NCBI GenBank assembly: GCA_030540225.1
Contig: JAUNWQ010000002.1
Span: forward strand, 1-57,894
Length of the DNA: 57,894 bases
Source: Coriobacteriia bacterium
Lineage (GTDB): Bacteria; Actinomycetota; Coriobacteriia; Coriobacteriales; Eggerthellaceae
Reading direction: 5' to 3'
The position numbers and the translations under genes are program-made. Below the pieces are notes generated by a model, which had not been told where the DNA came from, did no database searches, and was given only the letters and a program-made list of their open reading frames with translations. The stretch's first letter is position 1; each line of letters starts with the position of its first letter. Shown here piece after piece: positions 27,936-37,619 of this stretch.

Positions 27936-29615
27936 CTAGTCCCGCGTCAGCTTGCGATGGAGGCGATGCGGCTTCGAGGCCTCCTCGCCCAAGCGCTCGA
28001 TGCGATTCTTCTGGTAGCTGTCGAAGTTGCCCTCGAACCAGAACCAGTTGCCCGGGTTCTCATCAGTGCCCTCCCACGCGAGGATGTGCGTGGCGATGCG
28101 GTCGAGGAACATGCGGTCGTGGCTCGTCACGACGGCACATCCGGGAAACTCGAGCAGCGCCTTCTCCAAGCTTGAAAGCGTCTCGACGTCCAGGTCGTTT
28201 GTGGGCTCGTCGAGCAGCAGCAGGTTGCCGCCCTGCTTCAGCGTGAGCGCCAAATTCAGGCGATTGCGCTCGCCACCCGAGAGAACGCCGGCGGGTTTCT
28301 GCTGATCAGAACCTTTGAAGCCGAAGCTTGCCACATACGCGCGGCTCGGCACCTCGGTCTCGCACACCATCATGTAGTCGAGTCCGTCGGAGACCACTTC
28401 CCACACGTTCTTCTTGGGGTCGATACCCTCGCGCCCCTGGTCAACGTAGGAAAGCTTCACCGTTTCACCCAGCTCGAGCGTACCCGAAGTCGGCTGCTCC
28501 TTGCCGACGATCATCTTGAAGAGCGTGGACTTGCCCACGCCGTTCGGGCCGATCACGCCCACAATACCGTTGCGCGGCAACTCGAACGACAGGTTGTCGA
28601 TGAGCACGCGATCGCCGAAGCTCTTGCAAAGCCCGTCCACCTTGAGCACGTTCGCACCAAGGCGCGGACCTGCGGGAATGTGAATCTCGGTGAAGTCGAC
28701 TTTCTTCGATTGCGAAGCCTCGGCCACCATCTGGTCGTAGCGCTCCAGACGTGCGCGGCTTTTCGCCTGACGCGCCTTCGGAGACGAACGGACCCATTCG
28801 ATTTCCTCGGCGAGGCGCTTCGCGAGCTTCTCGTCGCGCTGTTTCTGCGACGCCAGGCGTGCGGCCTTCGTCTCAAGGTAGGTGGTGTAGTTGCCCTTGT
28901 AGGGGTACAGATGCCCGCGGTCGACCTCGCAGATCCACTCGGCCACGTTGTCCAGGAAGTAGCGGTCGTGCGTGACGGCGAGCACCGCTCCTTGGTACTT
29001 GTGGAGGAACTGCTCGAGCCACAGGACGGACTCGGCGTCCAAGTGGTTCGTCGGCTCGTCCAAAAGCAGCAGGTCAGGCGCCTCAAGCAGCAAGCGGCAG
29101 AGCGCCACGCGCCTGCGTTCGCCGCCGGAGAGCACGTTCACCGGCATATCGGGGTCGGGACACTGCAGCGCGTCCATCGCCTGCGAGAGCTGGCTGTCCA
29201 AATCCCAGCCGTCAACTGCGTCGATAGCATCCTGCAGCTCGCCCATTTCCGCCATGAGCGCGTCGAAGTCGGCGTCGGGCTCGGCCATGAGCCCGCCGAT
29301 CTCGTTGAAGCGATCAATCTTCGCCTTCACGTCGCCGAACGCGAGCTCGATGTTCTCAAGCACCGTCTTGTCCTCATCGAGCGGCGGCTCCTGCTGAAGG
29401 ATTCCCACGGTGTAGCCGGGCGTGAGGCGCGCCTCGCCGTTGGAGACCTCCTCCATGCCTGCCATCAGCTTCAAAAGCGTGGACTTGCCCATGCCGTTCG
29501 GGCCGACCACGCCGATTTTCGCGCCGGGATAGAACGACAGCGTGACGTCGTCCAAGATCACCTTGTCGCCGTGCGCCTTGCGCGCCTTGTACATCTGGTA
29601 AATGAATTCGGCCAT
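27936..29615 (-). CDS. ettA: Energy-dependent translational throttle ABC-F protein
   Basis: MAEFIYQM, FYPGAKIGVVGPNGMGKST, two ABC domains, WVRSSPKARQAKS linker, WFEGNF. Confidence 0.95.
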   Translation of the reverse strand: MAEFIYQMYKARKAHGDKVILDDVTLSFYPGAKIGVVGPNGMGKSTLLKLMAGMEEVSNGEARLTPGYTVGILQQEPPLDEDKTVLENIELAFGDVKAKIDRFNEIGGLMAEPDADFDALMAEMGELQDAIDAVDGWDLDSQLSQAMDALQCPDPDMPVNVLSGGERRRVALCRLLLEAPDLLLLDEPTNHLDAESVLWLEQFLHKYQGAVLAVTHDRYFLDNVAEWICEVDRGHLYPYKGNYTTYLETKAARLASQKQRDEKLAKRLAEEIEWVRSSPKARQAKSRARLERYDQMVAEASQSKKVDFTEIHIPAGPRLGANVLKVDGLCKSFGDRVLIDNLSFELPRNGIVGVIGPNGVGKSTLFKMIVGKEQPTSGTLELGETVKLSYVDQGREGIDPKKNVWEVVSDGLDYMMVCETEVPSRAYVASFGFKGSDQQKPAGVLSGGERNRLNLALTLKQGGNLLLLDEPTNDLDVETLSSLEKALLEFPGCAVVTSHDRMFLDRIATHILAWEGTDENPGNWFWFEGNFDSYQKNRIERLGEEASKPHRLHRKLTRD

Positions 29616-29680
29616 TCGATAGACTCCCTATTGTCCTGGTCATTGCATACGTGAGGCCTATTGTATCAAGCAAACGTCCG

Positions 29681-30502
29681 CTACAGCTCGAATGCTTCCA
29701 AATCATCGGGCACGTGGAGGTTACCGCCGTACACGCTGCGGCCTTCGGCGACGTAGCGTTCCTTGCGATGCGCCAGGTCGTCGTCTTCCGTATGGTAGAG
29801 CACGAGATTCTTCACGCCGAGCTGCTCCGCCGTCGCGCATGCCTCGCGCACGGTCCCATGGTGAATCGGGTGCGGATTGTAACGCTCGATGTCGGTATGG
29901 CGACAGTAGGCCTCGTGGACAAGCCACGTCGCCCCTTCGACATGCGAGAAGTTCTCGCTGGTCAGCGGCTCATCTCCGCTGCAGGCGAAAACCTTGCCCG
30001 AAGCGTATTCCATCGTGAGCCCGAACTGCTTGGCCGAGCCGGTCGAATGGATGTCAAAGAAGGTCACGGGGCGCCCGAGAACCTGCGCCGCATCGCCGTC
30101 TTCGACCGCATGCAGGAACACGCGCTTGTCGACGAACGCCGATTCGCTCGGACGCAAGAGCATGTGCGCCAGCTTATCGGCGGCCGCCACGACCTCATCG
30201 TTTCCCCAGAAGTGGAATTCCCCCTGATAGTTGCTGCATTCCATGCCGTAGCACACCACACGGAGAATCCAAACGGACCCGAGCAGATGATCGACGTGGG
30301 TATGGGTGACGAACAGGTCGTGGATGGAATGCCAATCGATGCCCGCCCGCTCGAGCTGGGTCAAGATGCCGTTCCCGCCGCCCGCATCGATGAGGAAGGT
30401 GCGGCCCGGCGCCTTCCCCATCGCGTCGTCCTGCAGCGCGAAGCACGCGTTGTAGCATTTCGTTGCGAGCGCATGGCCGGTGCCCAGCATCGTTAACCGC
30501 AT
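29681..30502 (-). CDS. MBL-fold metallohydrolase, RNase Z-like
   Basis: MLGTGHA, LIDAGGGNG, THTHVDH (HxHxDH), SGDE, HEA, LYHTED. Start at ATG 30502. Confidence 0.85.
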   Translation of the reverse strand: MRLTMLGTGHALATKCYNACFALQDDAMGKAPGRTFLIDAGGGNGILTQLERAGIDWHSIHDLFVTHTHVDHLLGSVWILRVVCYGMECSNYQGEFHFWGNDEVVAAADKLAHMLLRPSESAFVDKRVFLHAVEDGDAAQVLGRPVTFFDIHSTGSAKQFGLTMEYASGKVFACSGDEPLTSENFSHVEGATWLVHEAYCRHTDIERYNPHPIHHGTVREACATAEQLGVKNLVLYHTEDDDLAHRKERYVAEGRSVYGGNLHVPDDLEAFEL

Positions 30503-30665
30503 GGCAAAACCCTTTCGCTTCATGCCTTCAAGGCCTTTCGAGAATAACCGAAACCCTCCAGGAAGATCCGCTCTCAGAAAGCCGCATCCAGCGGACCCGG
30601 CGCCTTTCGGGATAACCCCGACCCCTTCCCGGAAGAGGCTTTCAATCCTTTCGAAAAGCCTCACC

Positions 30666-30700
30666 AAAAAAGAAGGCGCCGCTTTGCAAGCGACGCCTTC
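30666..30700 (-). terminator. Intrinsic terminator after the nitroreductase gene
   Basis: GAAGGCG..CGCCTTC hairpin followed by T6 on the minus strand. Confidence 0.7.
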
Positions 30701-30758
30701 AGCCCTTCATCAGTTGCGACGTGAGTGAGGGCTATGCAGCTGAACCCGCGCGGGTTCG

Positions 30759-31289
30759 TTAAAACGATTCACGAACCACCAAGGTATCGAGCGGTTCGGT
30801 TTGCTCGTGGCGAGGACTCGGTTCAGCATCCTCGGCACTGTGCCCTACCATCATAAGGTCTACGAGCACATAATTGTTCGGGATATTGAAATTCTTTCGA
30901 ATAATCGCAGAATCATACGCCCCAACCCAGCAACTTCCAAGGTTTTCGGCCGCCGCGGCGTTCGCGATGTTGGTGAGGACGATCGACGTGTCGATGTCGC
31001 CGAAGTCGCCCGTTTCATAGCCGAGCCCTTTTGCGGACACGTCGGTATCGTAGGCGCCGATGATCACCGCGGGCGCGCCGTAGCGGCAGCGCGTCGCCTC
31101 GTCAATCTTCGCAAGGCCCTCGGCGCTTTGCACCACGCAAAGGCGAAACGGCTGCGAGTTCTTCGCCGTGGGAGAAAGCTGCGCCGCTTGAAGCAGCACA
31201 TCGAGCTCCGCGTCGGTCAACTGCACGTCGGAAAACGAGCGCACCGAGTAGCGCGCCTTCAGAAGGTCGAGGTATTCCTGCCCGTTCAT
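30759..31289 (-). CDS. Nitroreductase family protein
   Basis: RYSVRSF, SPTAKNSQP, LGSCWVG. AAGGAG RBS before ATG 31289. Confidence 0.9.
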   Translation of the reverse strand: MNGQEYLDLLKARYSVRSFSDVQLTDAELDVLLQAAQLSPTAKNSQPFRLCVVQSAEGLAKIDEATRCRYGAPAVIIGAYDTDVSAKGLGYETGDFGDIDTSIVLTNIANAAAAENLGSCWVGAYDSAIIRKNFNIPNNYVLVDLMMVGHSAEDAEPSPRHEQTEPLDTLVVRESF

Positions 31290-31428
31290 GCTGACTCCTT
31301 CGGTCGATTGCGATTTACCGAGAACAGTATAACCCTGAAGGCAGACGAGCCGAGCGCGCGAAGCTGGGCGAACCGAGGAGGCTCGACAAGCTCCCCTGCG
31401 AGAAAGCCGCGCCAAGAAAAACAGTATC

Positions 31429-32190
31429 TCAGCCCCGAAAGACTGCGCGGACGAGGTATTCCACGTTCCCTTCCGCGCCTTTGATCGGCGACTCGATGGT
31501 GCCCGTCACTTCGAAACCCTCGCGCTCAAGAGCGCAGCGGACCTCTTCCACCGTACGGGCGCGCACAGCCTCGTCGCGCACGATGCCGTGGTCCGTCTCG
31601 TCGTGGCGGGACTCGAATTGGGGCTTGACCAGCCCTAAGAACACACTCGCCGGAGCGTCTTCGGTCGCTGGACGCGACAAGCGCGCGAAAGCGGGAGCCA
31701 GCACGGCAAGCCCGATGAAGCTCACGTCGCACACGATCAGGTCGAACGGCGCGCCCAATTCCCCCGGATCGGCGAGCTTGATGTTCGTGCGCTCGAAGAC
31801 GCTCACACGCTCGTCGGTGCGAATCTTCCAGGCAAGCTGGCCGTAGTTCACGTCGACGCACGTCACATGTGCAGCGCCCGCCTGCAAAAGGCAATCGGTG
31901 AAGCCGCCCGTCGACGATCCGACGTCGATGCAGTTCAGCCCCTGCACGTCCTGCTCGAACGCATCGAGCGCGCCCTGCAGCTTATGCCCTCCGCGCGAAA
32001 CGAACTGTTTGCGCCCACGCACAACGATTTCCGCATCGGGCGCCACCTTCACCGCGGCACTCGCGACGTACACGTCGTCCACCTTCACCTCATGCGCGAG
32101 CACAGCGCGCAAAACCGTGCCTGCGTCAGGAAAAACTCCCTGTTCAACAAGGAGTTCGTCAAGGCGTATCTTTTTCGGCTTTTTCGTCAT
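31429..32190 (-). CDS. tlyA: TlyA family rRNA (cytidine-2'-O)-methyltransferase
   Basis: S4 domain RLDELL, FVSRGGHKL, DVGSSTGGFTDCLLQ, DVSFI, LVKPQFE, SPIKGAEGNVEY. TATAAT lies 6 nt before ATG 32190. Confidence 0.93.
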   Translation of the reverse strand: MTKKPKKIRLDELLVEQGVFPDAGTVLRAVLAHEVKVDDVYVASAAVKVAPDAEIVVRGRKQFVSRGGHKLQGALDAFEQDVQGLNCIDVGSSTGGFTDCLLQAGAAHVTCVDVNYGQLAWKIRTDERVSVFERTNIKLADPGELGAPFDLIVCDVSFIGLAVLAPAFARLSRPATEDAPASVFLGLVKPQFESRHDETDHGIVRDEAVRARTVEEVRCALEREGFEVTGTIESPIKGAEGNVEYLVRAVFRG

Positions 32191-32237
32191 GGGGACATTA
32201 TACAGGCTCAATACACGAACACAAGTTCGTTTTTCTA

Positions 32238-32246
32238 TGATACACT
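32238..32246 (+). promoter_or_regulatory. Extended -10 promoter (TGaTACACT) of the small toxin-like gene
   Basis: TG at 32238-39 and TACACT at 32241-46. Confidence 0.65.
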
Positions 32247-32296
32247 ACACTCGTGCAAGGTGGCGGGCTACCCCCTATCCCATTAGGAGGTTGCTC

Positions 32297-32377
32297 ATGG
32301 TTACCTATACGGAATTGTTCACATTCTGTCTGGTTGTGATAGCGGTTATCGAGCTTTCGTTACGCTTAAGAAAGTGA
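32297..32377 (+). CDS. 26-aa hydrophobic peptide, putative type I (holin-like) toxin
   Basis: MVTYTELFTFCLVVIAVIELSLRLRK*; AGGAGG RBS at 32285-90; one TM helix and a basic C-terminus. Confidence 0.75.
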   Translation: MVTYTELFTFCLVVIAVIELSLRLRK

Positions 32378-32474
32378 AGTAGCCGCCCCCGCTAAGACGG
32401 GAAACGGCTACTCCCACAAGCTCAAAACTTGCCAACGGGGTAGCTGCCGTAGCAGCGGCGAGCCACCTTGCACG
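32370..32474 (-). ncRNA. Putative antisense antitoxin RNA (about 100 nt)
   Basis: Minus-strand extended -10 TGgTATACT (hexamer 32480-85); hairpin AGTAGCCG..CGGCTACT (32378-32412) followed by a T-rich tract on the minus strand. Confidence 0.5.
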
Positions 32475-32521
32475 CGTTCAGTATACCATCCTGGCCCGAC
32501 GCTCGGCCGGACAATCCACCG

Positions 32522-33577
32522 TTAATCCTTCGGAAGCAAAAGCTGCGCGATCTGCACGGCATTAAGCGCTGCGCCCTTGCGGATCTGGTCGGCAACAACC
32601 CACATCGAAAGGCCATGGTCGACCGTGTCGTCGCGGCGAATGCGCCCCACGTAGGTGTCGTTCGTGCCCGCGAGCAGGCCGGGCATCGGGTACACGTTGT
32701 TCGCGGGATCGTCCATCACGGTGACGCCGGGCGCTGCAGCGAGGGCCTCTCGGGCAGCCTCGGGCGTCACGTCGGCGACGAACTCCACGTTCACGGACTC
32801 GCCGTGGCAGCGCAGCACGGGAACGCGAACGCAGGTAGCGGCAACCTTCACGCCCGCATCGCCCATGATCTTCTTCGTCTCGGCGACCATCTTCCACTCT
32901 TCTTTCGTGGAATCGTCGTCGAGGAACTTGTCGATGTGCGGGATGCAGTTGAAAGCAATGCGATGCTGGAACGCCGACACCGTGAGCTCGTCGTCGGGCG
33001 TACCGCTCAGAAACTCGCGCGTCTGGTCGTAGAGCTCGGCCATGGCGGGTGCGCCGGCGCCGCTTGCCGCCTGATAGGTCGAAACGACGACGCGGGTGAT
33101 TTTCGCCAGGTCATAGAGAGGTTTCAGGGCAACGACCATCTGGATGGTCGAGCAGTTCGGGTTGGCGATGACGCCCGAGTGCCACGACACGTCGCCCGGG
33201 TTCACCTCGGGAACCACCAGGGGCACGTCCTCGTCCATGCGGAACGCGCTCGAGTTGTCGATCATGACGGCGCCCGCGGCAACCACGGCTTCACGCATCG
33301 CCTTGGAAACGTCGGAGCCTGCGGAGAACAGCGCAATGTCGACGCCCTCGAACGACTCGGGGGTCATTTCCTCTACAGTGAGCTCACCTGCGGGAACGTC
33401 GCCGCAGCCCTCAAAGGGAAGCTTCTTGCCAGCCGAGCGCGCAGACGCAAGCACGCGCACCTCGCTTGCAGGGAAGTCCAGGTCATGCAAGACCTTCAGG
33501 AACTCATTTCCCACAGCGCCCGTCGCACCGGCAACAGCAACAACCGGATGAGCAGGGATAACCTTCGTCCAAGCCAT
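32522..33577 (-). CDS. asd: Aspartate-semialdehyde dehydrogenase
   Basis: GATGAVG, IDNSSAFRM, ANPNCSTIQ, STYQAASGAG, TCVRVPV, DQIRKGAALN. Confidence 0.96.
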   Translation of the reverse strand: MAWTKVIPAHPVVAVAGATGAVGNEFLKVLHDLDFPASEVRVLASARSAGKKLPFEGCGDVPAGELTVEEMTPESFEGVDIALFSAGSDVSKAMREAVVAAGAVMIDNSSAFRMDEDVPLVVPEVNPGDVSWHSGVIANPNCSTIQMVVALKPLYDLAKITRVVVSTYQAASGAGAPAMAELYDQTREFLSGTPDDELTVSAFQHRIAFNCIPHIDKFLDDDSTKEEWKMVAETKKIMGDAGVKVAATCVRVPVLRCHGESVNVEFVADVTPEAAREALAAAPGVTVMDDPANNVYPMPGLLAGTNDTYVGRIRRDDTVDHGLSMWVVADQIRKGAALNAVQIAQLLLPKD

Positions 33578-33587
33578 GTTTACCTCC

Positions 33588-34865
33588 CTATCGGCCCTTG
33601 TTCATCTTGGCGGCGATTTCCTCCGCCGAAAGCTGGGTTTCCACGAACACGCTGTCGGAATCCAGGCCGAAGGCGGTGTGCAGGCATTGGACCGCCTGAG
33701 CAGCCTGCGCGGCATCGACCACCACGGACAGGCGAATCGGGCTCGTGGAGATAGCCAGAATGTTGATGTCGTTTTGGCCCAACGTCTCGAACGCCTTCGC
33801 AGCAACGCCCGGCGAGGACTTCATGCCCGTGCCCACCAGGCTCACCTTCGCGATGTCCTCGTCGACGATGTAGGTGCGCGCGTTAATGGTCGGCACGATG
33901 CGCTCGACGGTCTCGCGGGCGCGCGGCAGATCGCCGCCCGGGCAGGTGAAGCTGATGTCGGTGATGCCCGACTCCGACACGTTCTGGATGATCATGTCGA
34001 CGCTGACCTGGTTGGATGCCAGCGCGCTGAACAGCTTCGCCGCCACGCCCGACATATCGGGAACGCCGCGAATCGTGACCTTGACCTCGGACGTGTCGTG
34101 CGCAATACCGGTGATTACCGCTTCCTCCATGTCGGGAGCCTCCTTGATATACGTGCCCTCGGCGTCGGAAAACGCCGAACGGGAATGGATGACGACGTTC
34201 CATTTGCGGGCGAACTCGACGGCGCGCATCTGGAGCACGCCGGCGCCCGCGCCAGCGAGTTCGAGCATGTCGTCGTAGGAAATCTGGTCGAGCTTCTTAG
34301 CGCGCGGGCACACGCGCGGATCGGCGGTGAAGACGCCTTCGACGTCGGAATAGATCTCGCACACGTCGGCATTGATTCCCCAGGCCACAGCCACTGCCGT
34401 CGTGTCGGAACCGCCGCGGCCAAGCGTGGTCATGTCATCGTTGTCGTCGATACCCTGAAAGCCCGCGATCACGGGGATGATGCCCTTGTCGACCGTCTCC
34501 ATGATGCGGTCGGATCGCACGCTGACGATCTTCGCCTTGTTGTGCGTCCCGTCCGTGCGGATGCCCGCCTGGCGGCCCGTGAAGCTCATGGCGTGATAGC
34601 CCTGCGCCTCGAGCGCCATGGCCAGAAGCGTCATCGACACCTGCTCGCCGGTCGAAAGGAGGCGGTCAAGCTCGCGCGCTGGAGGGTTCGTGTTGAGCGC
34701 GTTTGCAAGTCCTACCAGCTCATCGGTCGTTTTTCCCATCGCCGAGACGACGGCGACCACATCGTCGCCTGCCTTCTTCTTGGCAATGAGCTTGTTCGCG
34801 ACCATCTTGATACGCTCGGGCGACGCGACCGACGTCCCCCCGAATTTGCATACGACTAACGACAT
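33588..34865 (-). CDS. lysC: Aspartate kinase
   Basis: KFGGTSV, VSAMGKTTD, TLGRGGSDTTA, DPR, two ACT domains. Extended -10 TGgTATAGT at about 34901-09. Confidence 0.95.
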   Translation of the reverse strand: MSLVVCKFGGTSVASPERIKMVANKLIAKKKAGDDVVAVVSAMGKTTDELVGLANALNTNPPARELDRLLSTGEQVSMTLLAMALEAQGYHAMSFTGRQAGIRTDGTHNKAKIVSVRSDRIMETVDKGIIPVIAGFQGIDDNDDMTTLGRGGSDTTAVAVAWGINADVCEIYSDVEGVFTADPRVCPRAKKLDQISYDDMLELAGAGAGVLQMRAVEFARKWNVVIHSRSAFSDAEGTYIKEAPDMEEAVITGIAHDTSEVKVTIRGVPDMSGVAAKLFSALASNQVSVDMIIQNVSESGITDISFTCPGGDLPRARETVERIVPTINARTYIVDEDIAKVSLVGTGMKSSPGVAAKAFETLGQNDINILAISTSPIRLSVVVDAAQAAQAVQCLHTAFGLDSDSVFVETQLSAEEIAAKMNKGR

Positions 34866-35093
34866 CTCGATCTTTCTTTTGAAAGGGAAACCTTTGCGCC
34901 ACTATACCAAACGGCTCGGGATACACTCCCGAGCCGTACACGAGCGAGCGATTTTCCATGCCGAGTACACCAAGCCGCACGTCGCGCGGGGGAAGCGTGC
35001 GGTCCCGAGCTGCGAGCAGGGCGGCGTACGCTCGAAGCCCCGGCGGCTCGCACGCCGCACGCTGGCCACGTCCCACAAGCGGCGCCCAGACTT

Positions 35094-36350
35094 CTATTCT
35101 CCTGCAGTCGTGCCCTCGGGCATCTTCAAAAGCAGCACGAAGCCGACGATGAACAGCACCGCCACAGAAAGGACGCCAATCGAGCTCGAGCCCGTCACCT
35201 GGGTGAACACGCTCACGAGCAACGTGCCCATGATGGTCGCGTACTTGCCGAAAATGTCGAAGAAGCCGTAGTACTCGTTGGCGTGCTCCTTGGGGATGAG
35301 CTTGCCGAACTCGCTGCGCGAAAGCGCCTGGATGCCGCCCTGGAACAGGCCGACGCAGATCGCGAGCACCCAGAACTCGGCAGCGCTGCGCAGGAAGAAC
35401 GCCGCGAACAGCGTGATCAAAAAGTACGCGAACACGGCGATGAGCAGCATCTTCTTCGTCCCGAAACGCCCCGCAAGGCGCCCGTAGGCAATCGCCGAGG
35501 GGAATGCCACGAACTGCGTGACCAGAAGCGCCAGCACAAGGCTCGTCGAGCTGATGCCCAAGTCGGTGCCGTAGCTCGTGGACATCGCAATGATCGTGTG
35601 CACACCGTCGATGTAGAAGAAAAACGCCAGCATGAACATCATGAGCCTGCGGTCGTGGAAAATCTTCTTGCACGTTCCCACAAGGCCCACGATCGTGTTC
35701 CTGAACAGATGCTCCTCGCGCGGCTTGTAGTGCGTCTGGTGCACGTCGCGCCAGATGGGAACGCTGAACGCAAGCCACCACACCGCCGTGATGACGAACG
35801 AGATCCGGATGCCGTCAAGCTGCCCGATCCCAAAGTTCTCGCCGAACAGCACGAGCACCAAGCAGATGATGAACGGCACGCACGACCCGATGTATCCCCA
35901 GGCGTACCCCTGAGACGACACCTCGTCGTAGCGCTCTTCGCTCGACGCAGCGTCCACGAGGAAGGCGTCGTAGAACACGAGCGACGCGTTCAGCATGACC
36001 GACGACACCACGTAGATCACGAGGAACACCATCGCGTCGGAGGGAATGCCCATCACGGCGAGCGTCACCGCGCCCGTGCCGATGGTGCCGGCGAGGAACT
36101 TCTTCTTGTTGCCCTTCAAGTCGGCGAGGCTGCCGAGGAACGGCATGAGCAACGCCAGCACAAGCGAGGCCACCGTCGAGGCGTAGCCCCAGGCCACAAC
36201 CGCAGAAGAGTTCGGGTCGGCAATCGCTGAGAAATAGATGGGGATAAGCGTCGATGCAAGAAGCACGTAGGCGGAATTGCCCACGTCATAGAGGACCCAG
36301 CTGCGCTCGGGTTTCGTCATATGGGTGCGCGACAACGCAACGCCTTTCAC
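35094..36350 (-). CDS. MFS transporter (UMF1/ATG22-like)
   Basis: SWVLYDVGNSAY, VSSQGYAWGYIG, FFYIDGVHT, GGIQALSRS; about 12 TM segments. Start may be ATG 36320. Confidence 0.9.
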   Translation of the reverse strand: MKGVALSRTHMTKPERSWVLYDVGNSAYVLLASTLIPIYFSAIADPNSSAVVAWGYASTVASLVLALLMPFLGSLADLKGNKKKFLAGTIGTGAVTLAVMGIPSDAMVFLVIYVVSSVMLNASLVFYDAFLVDAASSEERYDEVSSQGYAWGYIGSCVPFIICLVLVLFGENFGIGQLDGIRISFVITAVWWLAFSVPIWRDVHQTHYKPREEHLFRNTIVGLVGTCKKIFHDRRLMMFMLAFFFYIDGVHTIIAMSTSYGTDLGISSTSLVLALLVTQFVAFPSAIAYGRLAGRFGTKKMLLIAVFAYFLITLFAAFFLRSAAEFWVLAICVGLFQGGIQALSRSEFGKLIPKEHANEYYGFFDIFGKYATIMGTLLVSVFTQVTGSSSIGVLSVAVLFIVGFVLLLKMPEGTTAGE

Positions 36351-36510
36351 TCAAAGTTCGGAAAATCCCTGCTCACGCGTCATGGCGGCCTATGTAAAAC
36401 GTACGCAAAGACGCATGGGGGACGTTAACAAGCCGCTCATCATTGTATATGATGCTTTACTTAGCGACAGTAAAATTCCCGTCAGGGGCTCAAAGGATGG
36501 AGTTCAGACT

Positions 36511-37467
36511 ATGCCGGCAATCATCACGCACGACACGTTCGGACAGGACGCCTACGCGCGTCATTTCTCCTCCATCGGCGGAACGAAGGACGAGGCCGAG
36601 GCCTTCCTCTTGGGAAACCAAGGGCCCGACCCGCTGTTCTATTCCGTTGCCAATCCCCTGCTCTCGTCGGTCCATCGGCTCGGGAACATCATGCACAAGG
36701 AGAAGCCGAACGAGATACTCGTCGCCTTCAAGCAGGCGATTGACGCACTCGATGAGGCGGACCGCTCCGTCGGGCGCGCCTACGCGCTTGGGTTCCTGGG
36801 CCACTACGTGCTCGACTCGACCATGCACCCGCTTGTGTACTTCCACGAGTTCCAGCTGTGCGATGCAGGCGAGCCAGGCCTTTCGCGCGCGGACGGCAGC
36901 GAGGTGCACGCGGTTATCGAGAGCGAGTACGACGAGATGGTGCTCACGGTGAAGCGCGGCGAAACGGTGGCAACGTTCAACCCGGCCGTGAGCATCCTCA
37001 AGGGTTCCGATCGCATGCTGCGCATCGTTTCGCTTTTGTATGCGAACATGGCGTTCTCCGTGTTCGGCAAGATCATCCCGCGCAACGCGTTCGGCGACGC
37101 GGTGCGCTGCTTCCGCCTGGTGCAGCGTCTCTTCCATTCGGGCTCTGGCGTGAAGCGCGAGGCCATCGCACGCATCGAGGAGACGGTGCGCCCGTACTCG
37201 TTCTACCGCGCGATGAGCCACCGCGCGATCCTGGCGGAGACGTGCGCGTACGACAACCGCGAGCACGCCGCCTGGGAGAACCCCTTCACGCACGAGAAGT
37301 CGACCGACAGCTTCTGGGATCGCTACGAGAAGGCGCAGCGGCGCTTCGACGAGGTGAGCGCGCTGTTCGACGCCGACAGCTTCGATGCGGAGGCGGCGCG
37401 CGCCATCACGCGCGACCTCAACTTCTCTGGCGAGCCCGTCGAGGCGAAGCTGCTCGCGGTGGAGTAA
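36511..37467 (+). CDS. Zinc-dependent phospholipase C family protein
   Basis: MPAIITH, GNQGPDPLFY, MH, GFLGHYVLDSTMHP, H..IE. Confidence 0.85.
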   Translation: MPAIITHDTFGQDAYARHFSSIGGTKDEAEAFLLGNQGPDPLFYSVANPLLSSVHRLGNIMHKEKPNEILVAFKQAIDALDEADRSVGRAYALGFLGHYVLDSTMHPLVYFHEFQLCDAGEPGLSRADGSEVHAVIESEYDEMVLTVKRGETVATFNPAVSILKGSDRMLRIVSLLYANMAFSVFGKIIPRNAFGDAVRCFRLVQRLFHSGSGVKREAIARIEETVRPYSFYRAMSHRAILAETCAYDNREHAAWENPFTHEKSTDSFWDRYEKAQRRFDEVSALFDADSFDAEAARAITRDLNFSGEPVEAKLLAVE

Positions 37468-37619
37468 GGGCGACGCGCGACAATTTGCCTTCTCAAAAAA
37501 CTCGGGGCCCCATCATTCCCCGATGAGGCCCCGTCCGTTTTCGTTATTTCCTGCACCTTGCCCGGCATCTCGTGCGCCTTGGCAGCTGCTCCTGAACCTC
37601 GTCGGCCGCTCCCGCGCTC

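Noticed and set aside
31898-32296. 159-aa ORF 31898-32377 as one protein
   Set aside because: The 5' part is antisense to tlyA; the promoter and RBS support only the last 26 codons.
34866-35090. Lysine riboswitch upstream of lysC
   Set aside because: The extended -10 lies only about 35 nt from the ATG and no riboswitch consensus is visible; the hairpin at 34911-37 is probably the MFS gene terminator.
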